Of a stretch of DNA of 64,000 bases, positions 46,603-55,394 are shown piece by piece. Below the pieces are notes generated by a model that was not told where the DNA came from, ran no database searches, and saw only the letters and a list, made by a program, of their open reading frames with translations. A program made the translations under genes and the position numbers. Position 1 is the stretch's first letter. Each line of letters begins with the position of its first letter. The DNA is from a virus (Duplodnaviria; Heunggongvirae; Uroviricota; Caudoviricetes), in the IMG/VR virus record IMGVR_UViG_3300009154_000029; one strand, 5' to 3'.

Positions 46603-46676
46603 GGACTCTTAGCTCAGTTGGTTAGAGCATCTGACTCATAATCAGAGGGTCGCTGGTTCGAGCCCAGCAGGGTCCA
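46603..46676 (+). tRNA. tRNA-CAT (elongator Met or Ile2)
   Basis: TCTGA-CTCATAA-TCAGA. Confidence 0.9.
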
Positions 46677-46704
46677 CACAAAGTTCTTTGGTAACTTATT
46701 AAAT

Positions 46705-46776
46705 AGTGGCGTAGAGCAGTGGTAGCTCACTAGGCTCATAACCTAGGGGTCGGTAGTTCGAATCTACCCGCCGCAA
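46705..46776 (+). tRNA. tRNA-CAT, initiator-like
   Basis: 1:72 mismatch, GAGC/GCTC D-stem, CTAGG-CTCATAA-CCTAG. Confidence 0.85.
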
Positions 46777-46781
46777 CACTT

Positions 46782-46853
46782 GGTCTCATAGTTCAACGGA
46801 TAGAACGCAGGTTTTCTAAACCTGATATCCAAGTTCGATTCTTGGTGAGACTA
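46782..46853 (+). tRNA. tRNA-Arg(TCT)
   Basis: CAGGT-TTTCTAA-ACCTG. Confidence 0.92.
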
Positions 46854-46974
46854 CATTGTAGGGAAATAATCTCAAGCAGCCCTAAATGGAGAATCGTTCA
46901 AATCTGTCCAGATATAAGAATGTGCTACCGCCGGTAAAGATTGCTAAGGTTGACGCGGGGAAAGTCCCGACCAT

Positions 46975-47121
46975 AGTCAGGTGGTGGAATGGTAAACGCA
47001 TTAAGATAACAGGACTGTATGTCTGTCTTGGAGTGGATATACAAAGTCAAGCTGTGTTACTCAGATTAACCAAGTGACGAGGGTATGCTTAATTTTACAG
47101 GTTCGATTCCTGTCCTGACTA
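46975..47121 (+). ncRNA. tRNA-shaped RNA (147 nt) with an approximately 80-nt structured domain replacing the anticodon loop
   Basis: Perfect acceptor AGTCAGG/CCTGACT+A; T-arm ACAGG-TTCGATT-CCTGT; closing stem ATTAAG/CTTAAT. Confidence 0.75.
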
Positions 47122-47138
47122 CAAAAAAAATAAAAGTT

Positions 47139-47285
47139 ATGGAAGAAGTAAATTACGAATGGGTTATCGGACAAGGATGGGTTGTAGAATCTAAAGATCA
47201 TCAACTTAAAACTACAGTGGAAGAGATGCTCAAAGAAGTAGATGCGGCAATAAATTTTCAAGAGTACATAGATAACAATTACTAA
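47139..47285 (+). CDS. Small hypothetical protein
   Basis: 48 aa ORF between RNAs. Confidence 0.6.
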   Translation: MEEVNYEWVIGQGWVVESKDHQLKTTVEEMLKEVDAAINFQEYIDNNY

Positions 47286-47294
47286 AAATAAATA

Positions 47295-47369
47295 GCTCTC
47301 GTAGCCCAATTGGCAGGAGGCAATAGACTTAGGATCTATCCAGTGTCGGTTCGAATCCGACCGAGAGTA
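47295..47369 (+). tRNA. tRNA with TAG anticodon (Leu) but short variable loop
   Basis: ATAGA-CTTAGGA-TCTAT; variable loop CCAGT. Confidence 0.85.
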
Positions 47370-47389
47370 CAATTAAAAAAACAAACAAT

Positions 47390-47629
47390 ATGAACCAGAA
47401 CGAACCAATGCAAATGAATCTCCAGTTGGAGCAAACAACACCGGTAGTTTGTGAAGAATGTGGAAACGACTCATTCACTCGAGTTATGTTTCTCAGAAGA
47501 GCTAGTAAATTTTTAACAGGTGCTCCACAGGACACAGTTACTCCGATTCCAACTTTTGCTTGCTCAAAATGTAAACACATCAACTCAGAGTTTCAATTAA
47601 AAACAGATAGCTCAGAAGACCCTGAATAA
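47390..47629 (+). CDS. Zn-ribbon protein
   Basis: CEEC...CSKC. Confidence 0.8.
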   Translation: MNQNEPMQMNLQLEQTTPVVCEECGNDSFTRVMFLRRASKFLTGAPQDTVTPIPTFACSKCKHINSEFQLKTDSSEDPE

Positions 47630-47634
47630 CCAAT

Positions 47635-47817
47635 ATGGAAAAGACAGATCCAAAAAGAAAGATTTGCATGAATTGCAAATACCTTATCTGGGCGGTAGGA
47701 GTAGGACAGGGTTTAAAATGTTCAAGAGTAAGAAAAGAGAATAGATACGAGGCAATACCTCATAGCGAGCACACGTGCGAATTGTTTGAGTTTAAGGAGG
47801 ATCAAAAAACAACATAA
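47635..47817 (+). CDS. Small Cys-rich protein
   Basis: CMNC...C...C. Confidence 0.7.
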   Translation: MEKTDPKRKICMNCKYLIWAVGVGQGLKCSRVRKENRYEAIPHSEHTCELFEFKEDQKTT

Positions 47818-47822
47818 CCCAA

Positions 47823-48281
47823 ATGGAAAGATCATTCAGAACGCTGGGCAATAATAAAAAGATAGATCTTTTTCCCTACATTAAGGAGTATTTAGAGCTT
47901 CATAGTGGAGTTCAGATCCTGATTGGATGTGATTCACAGAACAGAAAGAATGACACGATTTATGCAGTTGTAATCGGTCTATACACGCCAGGTAAAGGTG
48001 CTCATGTTCTTTATAGTAAATTTAATACAGTAAGGGAAAGAGATTACGTTAATAGACTTCTTAATGAGGTTTGGTTCTCGGTTGAAACTGCAGAAACTAT
48101 TAGAAAAGATGTTGGGGTTGTTGCTAAGTGGATAGATATTGATCTTAATCCAGATCCTAAGTATCGATCAAATCAAGCTCTTACAAGTGCGGTTGGAATT
48201 GTTACTGGCATGGGATATCAAGTGAGACATAAGGGTAACTCACCTGTTATGACCTATGCAGCAGATCATCTGGTTAAATAA
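47823..48281 (+). CDS. YkuK/DUF458 RNase H-like protein
   Basis: IGCDSQ, LLNEVWFS, IDIDLN, YAAD. Confidence 0.85.
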   Translation: MERSFRTLGNNKKIDLFPYIKEYLELHSGVQILIGCDSQNRKNDTIYAVVIGLYTPGKGAHVLYSKFNTVRERDYVNRLLNEVWFSVETAETIRKDVGVVAKWIDIDLNPDPKYRSNQALTSAVGIVTGMGYQVRHKGNSPVMTYAADHLVK

Positions 48282-48303
48282 AAAGGATATATAAGAAGTA
48301 AAC

Positions 48304-48460
48304 TGAAGGATGGTGAAAGCGTACGCATGGCAAACACACCCTCTCGTCTCGGGGGTGGGGATAAAGAAATAGATAGAATGTATGGGGTTGACCACCTGCT
48401 TGCAAGCACTAATGCATTTTATTGAATCTCCTCTTGAAGGTTCGACTCCTTCTCCTTCAG
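48304..48460 (+). ncRNA. tRNA-shaped RNA (157 nt) with D-loop hairpin and an approximately 77-nt branched variable arm
   Basis: Acceptor TGAAGGA/TCCTTCA+G; T-arm GAAGG-TTCGACT-CCTTC; GATATATA at 48286. Confidence 0.75.
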
Positions 48461-48504
48461 CAAATAAACGGGATTTCACATTTATAAAAATAAAAAAACT
48501 CAAC

Positions 48505-48696
48505 ATGAAAAAATTAACTCAAAAACAATGGTTTGGTGTTACTGCAGTTTTAGCTTTTGCTTCTGCAATTTCTTTCTTCAATATCGGAAGCTCTTGGGCT
48601 GATGATCACAATTTCAATGGACTTATAGGCTTTACTGGAACTGGAATTCTTGGAGCAGTCCTAGCAGTTTATGCACTTTACAAAAGCACAAAATAG
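48505..48696 (+). CDS. Small membrane protein (2 TM)
   Basis: Start reassigned downstream of the RNA. Confidence 0.75.
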   Translation: MKKLTQKQWFGVTAVLAFASAISFFNIGSSWADDHNFNGLIGFTGTGILGAVLAVYALYKSTK

Positions 48697-48702
48697 ATTT
48701 TT

Positions 48703-48951
48703 ATGAAAAGACTTATCATAATATCCATTCTTCTTTTTGTTATTATTCTATACTCTATTAGATGCACAGTTACCTCTAAGTGCAATGATGCAATCAAACT
48801 AAAATGCGAAGATCAATCAAGAGTCATAGACAGCTTAAATGCAGAGCTATCCATGAAAGAAATAGAGGTTGGTAGATATGAAATAATTCTAGACAGAATA
48901 AGGGGGAAAGACTCAGCTCTTGTTGATGAAGCCACTTCAAATACAGAGTAA
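48703..48951 (+). CDS. Small exported coiled-coil protein
   Basis: N-terminal TM or signal peptide. Confidence 0.7.
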   Translation: MKRLIIISILLFVIILYSIRCTVTSKCNDAIKLKCEDQSRVIDSLNAELSMKEIEVGRYEIILDRIRGKDSALVDEATSNTE

Positions 48952-49054
48952 TTCAATAATAAACGATTTAAACCAGGCGAAATCAAATTTCGCCTTTTTT
49001 TGTGGTTGTAGCTCTTGCTCCTATTGATATATACTAGGAAAATAAATTGTAAAA

Positions 49055-49654
49055 ATGGCATATAGAATACTTTTTAGGAGAGACACCGCAGCTAACTGGT
49101 CTACAAACAATCCTGTTCTAGCATCAGGTGAACCTGGATACGAAACAGATTCAGGTAAAATGAAAGTTGGCGATGGCACAACAGCTTGGAGCTCTCTCGA
49201 TTATTATGGCGTCCAATTCACAACACCTCAGGTTGGTAATCCTGTCGTAGGATATACAGGTAGCACTAATAGTAGTAATTATAAAACAGTTGCAACTAAG
49301 CTGGATCCAACCAAAAATGTTATTTATATAGATACAACAGGATGGAATGCTAATACAAGTTATCTGAATTATTATCTGCCAGCTTCTGATGTTGATGGAC
49401 ATAAAGTTGAATTTGTACTAAATCCTAGCGGATCTAATCTCTCTAGAAATCCGAATAAAATAAATATTTGGATGGACACACTTAGAGATCCTTCTAGGTA
49501 CGGCTCAACGGGGGCTACAGGTTCAACTGGATCTAGCTCTTTCTGGAACGCTTTTTCTAGGTATGATAGTACAACTAGTTGGAGGCCAGACAATCCTAGC
49601 GGGATTTGGATAGATGGATATTGGACTATCGATAATGGCCAATGGAATAATTAA
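49055..49654 (+). CDS. Tail fibre-type protein with [19 protein letters not shown]-terminal domain
   Basis: Mtd/hyaluronidase-type N-terminal motif. Confidence 0.75.
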   Translation: MAYRILFRRDTAANWSTNNPVLASGEPGYETDSGKMKVGDGTTAWSSLDYYGVQFTTPQVGNPVVGYTGSTNSSNYKTVATKLDPTKNVIYIDTTGWNANTSYLNYYLPASDVDGHKVEFVLNPSGSNLSRNPNKINIWMDTLRDPSRYGSTGATGSTGSSSFWNAFSRYDSTTSWRPDNPSGIWIDGYWTIDNGQWNN

Positions 49655-49671
49655 AAAATAAAAAAGTAAAA

Positions 49672-51534
49672 ATGCCATATAGAATACTTCTTAGAAGGGA
49701 TAGTGCAATAAAATGGCTGGATAATAATCCGGTTTTAATGACCGGTGAACCTGGGGTTGAAACCGATACTGGTTTAATAAAAATAGGAGATGGACAATCT
49801 CCATGGAGTGATCTTCCGTATACAAGAGGTCCTATTGGACCTACCGGACATATAGGCCCTGTTGGACCAACCGGTCCTGCTGGAGGTCCTATTGGACCAA
49901 CCGGACCGACAGGAAATACAGGACCTACCGGATCAACAGGAAATACTGGGCCTACTGGAGAAACGGGAGCTACTGGAGCTACTGGACCTACATTTACTGG
50001 GTATGACTTTGAGATCCATGTTAGTACAGAAGACGGTGATGATACTACTGGTAATGGCGATTTACTTAATCCCGTTAAAACCATTACTCATGCATTGACG
50101 TTAGTAACAGGTGTAAGAAGAACAATTATTGTTCATCCAGGTGGGTATACAGAAAACCCATCAATAACAGTTCAATACACAACCATAACTGGCCCTGGAC
50201 TTATTGGCGGAAACATAGTAATTTCAGGAACACTTAGTACAAACACTGGTTGTACTATTTCAGGAATAAAAATGACAAACCTGACAATTACTACACCAAC
50301 AGCAACAGGAAATGTAAATATATTAAATTGTGAGATTTCTGGAACACTTACAAAGAGCGGTAATGCAGATTATACTGTTCTTCGTTTATGTGACTATAAT
50401 GCAGCAAGTATTACTGGCGCAGGTTTGATTGCAATCTTTGGTGGTAATCCAAATTTTACAACGGTTAACAATGCTAGTGCAAATGTAATTATTAAAAGTG
50501 CTGTAACCGTTGCCCCAGTATTAACTGCTGGAACCTTAAGTATTGTAGATTCAATAGTAGTAGCTGCTGTAACTAATGCATTCACTTCTGCCGCTGGAAC
50601 TTTTACTACATTAGCAAATAGTCAGTTCTTAACTTCTGCTTTAAATAATGTTGCTCCAGTTGTGTTAAATGGTTTTTACTCAATACTAAATTGTGTTTTT
50701 AATAAGCCTACTTCAACATTAGTTGCTTTGTCTGCAACAGGAGGTTCTACTAATTCAATAGATTATTTTCAATATATTAATGCAGATAAGTTTATTACAC
50801 AAGGAGGAACTGCTGGCCAATTTGTTAAAGGGGATGGGTCACTTGATTCTGTAGGTCCTGTAGGTCCTACAGGAGTAACAGGTCCAACTGGGGCTACAGG
50901 TTCTACAGGCTCAACAGGAGCTACAGGATCTACAGGAGCTACAGGAAGGACTGGTGCTACTGGCTCAACTGGTGCTATCGGACCAACAGGAGTCACGGGA
51001 CCTACTGGTACTTTTGTTCCCAGTTATAAAGTGTTTACAGCTTTAGTTACACAAAATGGTGATGGTGCTCAACCTGATTCTCTATCTAATGCTCCAATAG
51101 AAATAGGAGTAACTTACGAAATAACACAAGTTGGAGATGGGAATGATTGGACTGTTGTAGGAGCACCTAATAATAATTTAGGTACATTTTTTATAGCTAC
51201 AGGTACAAATCCTATATGGGGAACTGATGGAGAATTAAGTTTTGAAAATGGTGCTCCAGTGGTAACAGTCCTTGAAAATACATTAGGTAATGTATGGTTT
51301 GAATATTATGGTGAAGGAACCTATAGATTTGTTTCAAATAATCTTTTTACTGTTGGTAAAACTATGATAATAGGAAGTACTTTTTATAATGTTGATTATG
51401 ACGCTACTATAGTATTAAATAGTTTTTATGGAGAAAATTCAGATTATAGAATTTGGTTAAGATCGACATATTCAAATGCACTTTCTAATAGTGTTATTAA
51501 TCATACACCTTTAGAAATCAGAGTTTATAATTAA
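49672..51534 (+). CDS. Collagen-repeat tail fibre protein
   Basis: Same N-terminal domain as 49055; two G-x-T collagen tracts; [15 protein letters not shown] motif. Confidence 0.85.
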   Translation: MPYRILLRRDSAIKWLDNNPVLMTGEPGVETDTGLIKIGDGQSPWSDLPYTRGPIGPTGHIGPVGPTGPAGGPIGPTGPTGNTGPTGSTGNTGPTGETGATGATGPTFTGYDFEIHVSTEDGDDTTGNGDLLNPVKTITHALTLVTGVRRTIIVHPGGYTENPSITVQYTTITGPGLIGGNIVISGTLSTNTGCTISGIKMTNLTITTPTATGNVNILNCEISGTLTKSGNADYTVLRLCDYNAASITGAGLIAIFGGNPNFTTVNNASANVIIKSAVTVAPVLTAGTLSIVDSIVVAAVTNAFTSAAGTFTTLANSQFLTSALNNVAPVVLNGFYSILNCVFNKPTSTLVALSATGGSTNSIDYFQYINADKFITQGGTAGQFVKGDGSLDSVGPVGPTGVTGPTGATGSTGSTGATGSTGATGRTGATGSTGAIGPTGVTGPTGTFVPSYKVFTALVTQNGDGAQPDSLSNAPIEIGVTYEITQVGDGNDWTVVGAPNNNLGTFFIATGTNPIWGTDGELSFENGAPVVTVLENTLGNVWFEYYGEGTYRFVSNNLFTVGKTMIIGSTFYNVDYDATIVLNSFYGENSDYRIWLRSTYSNALSNSVINHTPLEIRVYN

Positions 51535-51625
51535 TTTAAAAATTCAATTAAATACAAAGCCATTATTTTTTAATCCGAAATTTTACCATATAATTGCGTA
51601 AAATCATAAACACAAATTTTAACTT

Positions 51626-53680
51626 ATGGCAGCATTCGAAGACGATAAAGATGACGATATGCCTAGCTACTCAGCTAAGCCAGGAGCAAAAACCCCGGTT
51701 CTTGATACTTTTTCTAGGGATCTTACCGATATGGCGGCTAGAGGGGAACTTGATCCTATCATAGGCAGAGATGCCGAGATAGAAAGGGTTTCGCAGATTC
51801 TCTCAAGGAGAAAGAAAAACAATCCAGTCCTAATCGGAGAACCAGGTGTCGGTAAATCTGCCATTGCGGAAGGCCTGGCTTTAAAGATAATTCAAAGGAA
51901 AGTTTCTAGAAGTCTTCTAAATAAAAAGCTGCTAAGTTTAGATATCGGTTCTATGGTAGCAGGAACAAAATATAGAGGTCAATTCGAGGAGAGGGTCAAA
52001 GCTATTCTTGAGGAACTTAGATCCAATAAAAATATTATTATCTTTATAGACGAGCTTCACACGATCGTGGGAGCGGGAGGAGCATCAGGATCACTTGATG
52101 CTGCTAACATGTTTAAGCCAGCATTAGCCAGAGGAGAGATTCAATGCATAGGAGCTACCACACTAAATGAATACAGGGAGAACATAGAGAAGGACGGAGC
52201 CTTGGAAAGAAGATTTCAAAAGGTTACTGTAGATCCACCTGATTCTGCAACAACCCTTAGGATTCTCAATAACGTTAAGTCTAAATATGAGGATCACCAT
52301 AATGTGAAGTACACCGATGAAGCTATTGAGAACTGTGTGAAGCTTACTGAAAGGTATATTACAGATCGAAATTTTCCAGATAAAGCTTTAGATGCCCTTG
52401 ACGAGGCAGGAAGTAGAACACAGCTAACCGATGTTAAAGTTCCAGAAACAATTCAAACACTAGAGAAGAACCTGGAGAAGGTTCAGGATGATAAGAAAGA
52501 AGCTGTTAACAAGCAAGACTACGAAGCTGCAGCAAAACACAGAGACAGTGAGAGAAAAATTAAAATCTCATTAGAGGTGGAAACTCTTGAGTGGGAGAGA
52601 AAAATGAAGGAGAAGAAAAAAGTTGTTGACGGCGAAAGAGTTGCAGAGGTCATTTCAATGATGTCCGGTGTTCCTCTTAAAAAAGTAACACAAACAGAAA
52701 ATGAGAAACTGGTTAATATTGAGGCAGATCTAAATTCTAAAGTTATCGGTCAGTCTCACGCTATTGAAAAGATCTCAAGAGCTATTAGAAGAAACCGAAT
52801 GGGATTAAAAGACCCGAATAAACCAATAGGATCTTTTATGTTTCTTGGACCTACTGGCGTTGGTAAAACCCAATTAGCTAAAGAGCTAGCCAAGCTTATG
52901 TTTGGCGATAAAGATGCTATCATTAGAGTTGATATGAGCGAGTTTAGCGAGAAGTTCGATGTAACTAAACTTACAGGTGCACCTCCGGGATACGTGGGAC
53001 ATGAAGAAGGAGGACAGCTAACTGAGAAGGTTAGAAGAAAGCCCTACTCGATAGTTCTATTTGATGAAGTTGAAAAAGCTCATCCCGAGATCTTTAATAG
53101 TCTTCTACAGATATTAGATGAAGGACATATTACTGATGGCTTAGGCAGAAAGATCAATTTTAAAAATACACTGATTATTTTAACATCAAATGTGGGTCAA
53201 AGAAAACTTCAGGAGTTTGGTGGCGGTGTTGGATTTGCAACAAAAGCAAGTTCAGATAGACTTGAAACCGAGAATGAAATAATGCTTAAGAAGGAGCTTC
53301 AGAAAATGTTCTCCCCTGAGTTCATTAATCGGGTGGATGATATCATCTATTTTAAAAATCTAGGAAAGCCAGAAATAATGAGCATCTTAGATGTTGAGCT
53401 AACTAAGGTTATCCCAAGAATAGAAACTCTAGGATATAAAGTAAAAGTTGCTGATGATCTTAAAGAGAAAATAGCAGAAACTGGGTTTGATCCTAAGTAT
53501 GGTGCTAGACCTCTGAAAAGAATTATTCAGAAATATATAGAGGACACACTGACTGATTTGATGATCATTGGTAAAATCGAAGAGGGTAGTACAATATTAC
53601 TCTCCTATGATAAAGATAAAGACGAGAGCATGCAAACACCAGTCAAATGTAAAATAACAAAGAAAAGAGGAAAAAAATGA
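51626..53680 (+). CDS. clpC: ClpC-like Hsp100 ATPase lacking the N-terminal Clp-repeat domain
   Basis: Two AAA+ domains (GEPGVGKS, GPTGVGKT), UVR-like middle domain, RIDMSE-type motif RVDMSE. Confidence 0.9.
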   Translation: MAAFEDDKDDDMPSYSAKPGAKTPVLDTFSRDLTDMAARGELDPIIGRDAEIERVSQILSRRKKNNPVLIGEPGVGKSAIAEGLALKIIQRKVSRSLLNKKLLSLDIGSMVAGTKYRGQFEERVKAILEELRSNKNIIIFIDELHTIVGAGGASGSLDAANMFKPALARGEIQCIGATTLNEYRENIEKDGALERRFQKVTVDPPDSATTLRILNNVKSKYEDHHNVKYTDEAIENCVKLTERYITDRNFPDKALDALDEAGSRTQLTDVKVPETIQTLEKNLEKVQDDKKEAVNKQDYEAAAKHRDSERKIKISLEVETLEWERKMKEKKKVVDGERVAEVISMMSGVPLKKVTQTENEKLVNIEADLNSKVIGQSHAIEKISRAIRRNRMGLKDPNKPIGSFMFLGPTGVGKTQLAKELAKLMFGDKDAIIRVDMSEFSEKFDVTKLTGAPPGYVGHEEGGQLTEKVRRKPYSIVLFDEVEKAHPEIFNSLLQILDEGHITDGLGRKINFKNTLIILTSNVGQRKLQEFGGGVGFATKASSDRLETENEIMLKKELQKMFSPEFINRVDDIIYFKNLGKPEIMSILDVELTKVIPRIETLGYKVKVADDLKEKIAETGFDPKYGARPLKRIIQKYIEDTLTDLMIIGKIEEGSTILLSYDKDKDESMQTPVKCKITKKRGKK

Positions 53681-53868
53681 TTATCGTAGAAATTAAAGGA
53701 AAGACAAGTTTAGACTCTGCTCTTAAGACTCTTAAAAACAAATTTATTAAATCCAAGACAGTTAAGGATCTTAATGAGAGAAAAACTTTCACAAAGAAAA
53801 GCGATAGGAAAAGAGCCGAAATTAAAAAGGCTAAATATAGAGAAACCCTAAGGAACACAGATCAGTAG
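53677..53868 (+). CDS. rpsU: Ribosomal protein bS21
   Basis: SLDSALKTLKNK...ERKTFTKKSDRKRAEIKKAKY. Confidence 0.85.
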   Translation: MIIVEIKGKTSLDSALKTLKNKFIKSKTVKDLNERKTFTKKSDRKRAEIKKAKYRETLRNTDQ

Positions 53869-53890
53869 AATCGAATCAAATTTAAAATAA

Positions 53891-53921
53891 AAAAATCTCG
53901 GGAATCATCCGAGATTTTTTT
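53891..53921 (+). terminator. Rho-independent terminator
   Basis: AAAAATCTCGG-GAATCAT-CCGAGATTTTT. Confidence 0.8.
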
Positions 53922-53949
53922 GTACATTTAGATTCTAAAAATTATCAAA

Positions 53950-54408
53950 ATGAAGAAATTAATTTACATCCCTCTAATTTTTATTTTATTAATCTGTTCA
54001 TCTTTTGCATTAATCACAAAGAACACAGGTATACCATTAGAAGGGATACAGGTTGTCAATCACTATATGTTTGGTAATGGAGAAGATCTAATTTTAAAAT
54101 CTGATTATTTACCAAATTCTCCCGTTATAAAGAGGAATTTAAAAACAATGAAAGTTGGGCAAACGAAAAGAATAGTTTTTAACCAAAAGGAAGACTGGAG
54201 ATTGTCTTATGCTTTAAACCCTTTTAATTTAAAGAAAACAAAGAATGGGTTTGAAATATATCAATATATTAAATTTGATAACACTGGTAATGTTTTCACC
54301 TATATAAAAACACCTTTCGGAAAAATAAAAGTTAATGATAATATAGTACACATTAAAAAGTGTAAACCATACATGGTTAGATATTATTATACAGGCTCTA
54401 CATTTTAA
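53950..54408 (+). CDS. Secreted hypothetical protein
   Basis: Signal peptide. Confidence 0.75.
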   Translation: MKKLIYIPLIFILLICSSFALITKNTGIPLEGIQVVNHYMFGNGEDLILKSDYLPNSPVIKRNLKTMKVGQTKRIVFNQKEDWRLSYALNPFNLKKTKNGFEIYQYIKFDNTGNVFTYIKTPFGKIKVNDNIVHIKKCKPYMVRYYYTGSTF

Positions 54409-55357
54409 TTTCTACCATAACAGCAAATCCCTTATATCCCATTTTTTCTAAATATGATGCTAGCTTCTCGATTCCCTGAACTAAATTTCCAGACAATACT
54501 TTTTTCAAAGAATCACCAACAGTTTTGGGAATGCTCGCTAATGTGTATTCCTCCGGATGATCGTAGTAGTTATTGAAATCGTACAAATCCCAGACTATAT
54601 AAGTTCCCTCTGATTTTTTAGTGACGTATGCATTTCCTATAGCTAAAGAGATTTTTGTATAATCACTCTTAAGATGAAACTGGTTAAGCCCTAAATTTTT
54701 TTTATTCCTAAAGTCTATTATCTCCTTATCCTTATTCATTCTATTTGCAATGTCATAAAAATTGGTGGTTTTAGTTCTACTCAATACCAGGATTTTTTTA
54801 TTTTTTGCATATGTTATCATTTCCTTGATCGCATTAATTTCCTTATCAGTTAGATCATTTTCAGTTACTGGAGGTTTTCTTAAACCAAGAAAATATGAAA
54901 AGAATCTAATATGGATTGGGGCTGTGAAGAAGTCAACAGTTGAATCGATGGATTTTTTTATCCTTCCCGAAACACGAGAGAAAAATCCACCTCCTTTTTT
55001 TTCTATGTCTTCTGCAGATGTTACAACGGCAGCTGTTCTTGGTTGTTCACTCTTATTTGGCTTAACACCGTTTGAAATATTCTCAGAATCACTTTTAAGC
55101 ATCTTCAGTAAAAATTGATCAACTTCACCTGTTACTGTCATTGATTTTTTTATCTGGTATTCACTTATTGCTTTTTTTGTGACATTTCCAAAATCATCAT
55201 CAACACCATCTCTATTTAAACCAGTCATACCTAAGTTATAACCTAAAGATTTAAGATATCTCTGAATTTCAGTAACCCTTATTCCCTTATCACCTATTCT
55301 AATCGGGGTATTAATTTGTCTATTAAAATCCTCAAATAATTTAATTCTTTTATTCAT
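54398..55357 (-). CDS. N-tagged PG-binding-domain protein
   Basis: MNKRIKLFEDF; GDKGIRVTEIQRYL...GEVD. Confidence 0.8.
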   Translation of the reverse strand: MNKRIKLFEDFNRQINTPIRIGDKGIRVTEIQRYLKSLGYNLGMTGLNRDGVDDDFGNVTKKAISEYQIKKSMTVTGEVDQFLLKMLKSDSENISNGVKPNKSEQPRTAAVVTSAEDIEKKGGGFFSRVSGRIKKSIDSTVDFFTAPIHIRFFSYFLGLRKPPVTENDLTDKEINAIKEMITYAKNKKILVLSRTKTTNFYDIANRMNKDKEIIDFRNKKNLGLNQFHLKSDYTKISLAIGNAYVTKKSEGTYIVWDLYDFNNYYDHPEEYTLASIPKTVGDSLKKVLSGNLVQGIEKLASYLEKMGYKGFAVMVEIKM

Positions 55358-55394
55358 AACATTCTTATGCTTTTTATTTCGTAATTAGCCAGTA

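Noticed and set aside
46954-46970. RNase P RNA (GGAAAGTCC resemblance)
   Set aside because: It is a local hairpin only; there is no complementary P4 partner or room for a 300+ nt RNA.
46975-47121. tmRNA, or a group I intron-containing tRNA
   Set aside because: Too short, with no Ala identity pair, no tag ORF and no group I core or hammerhead CUGAUGA/GAAA motifs.
45868-48506. ORF-track ORFs overlapping the tRNA cluster (45868-, 45940+, 46113-, 46886+, 47061-, 47329-, 48240-)
   Set aside because: They are shadow frames over tRNA or tRNA-like genes.
49840-51010. GGA/ACT-rich DNA repeats as regulatory elements
   Set aside because: They are explained by collagen G-x-T coding; likewise 41150-41290 encodes the AKPGAAP tail.
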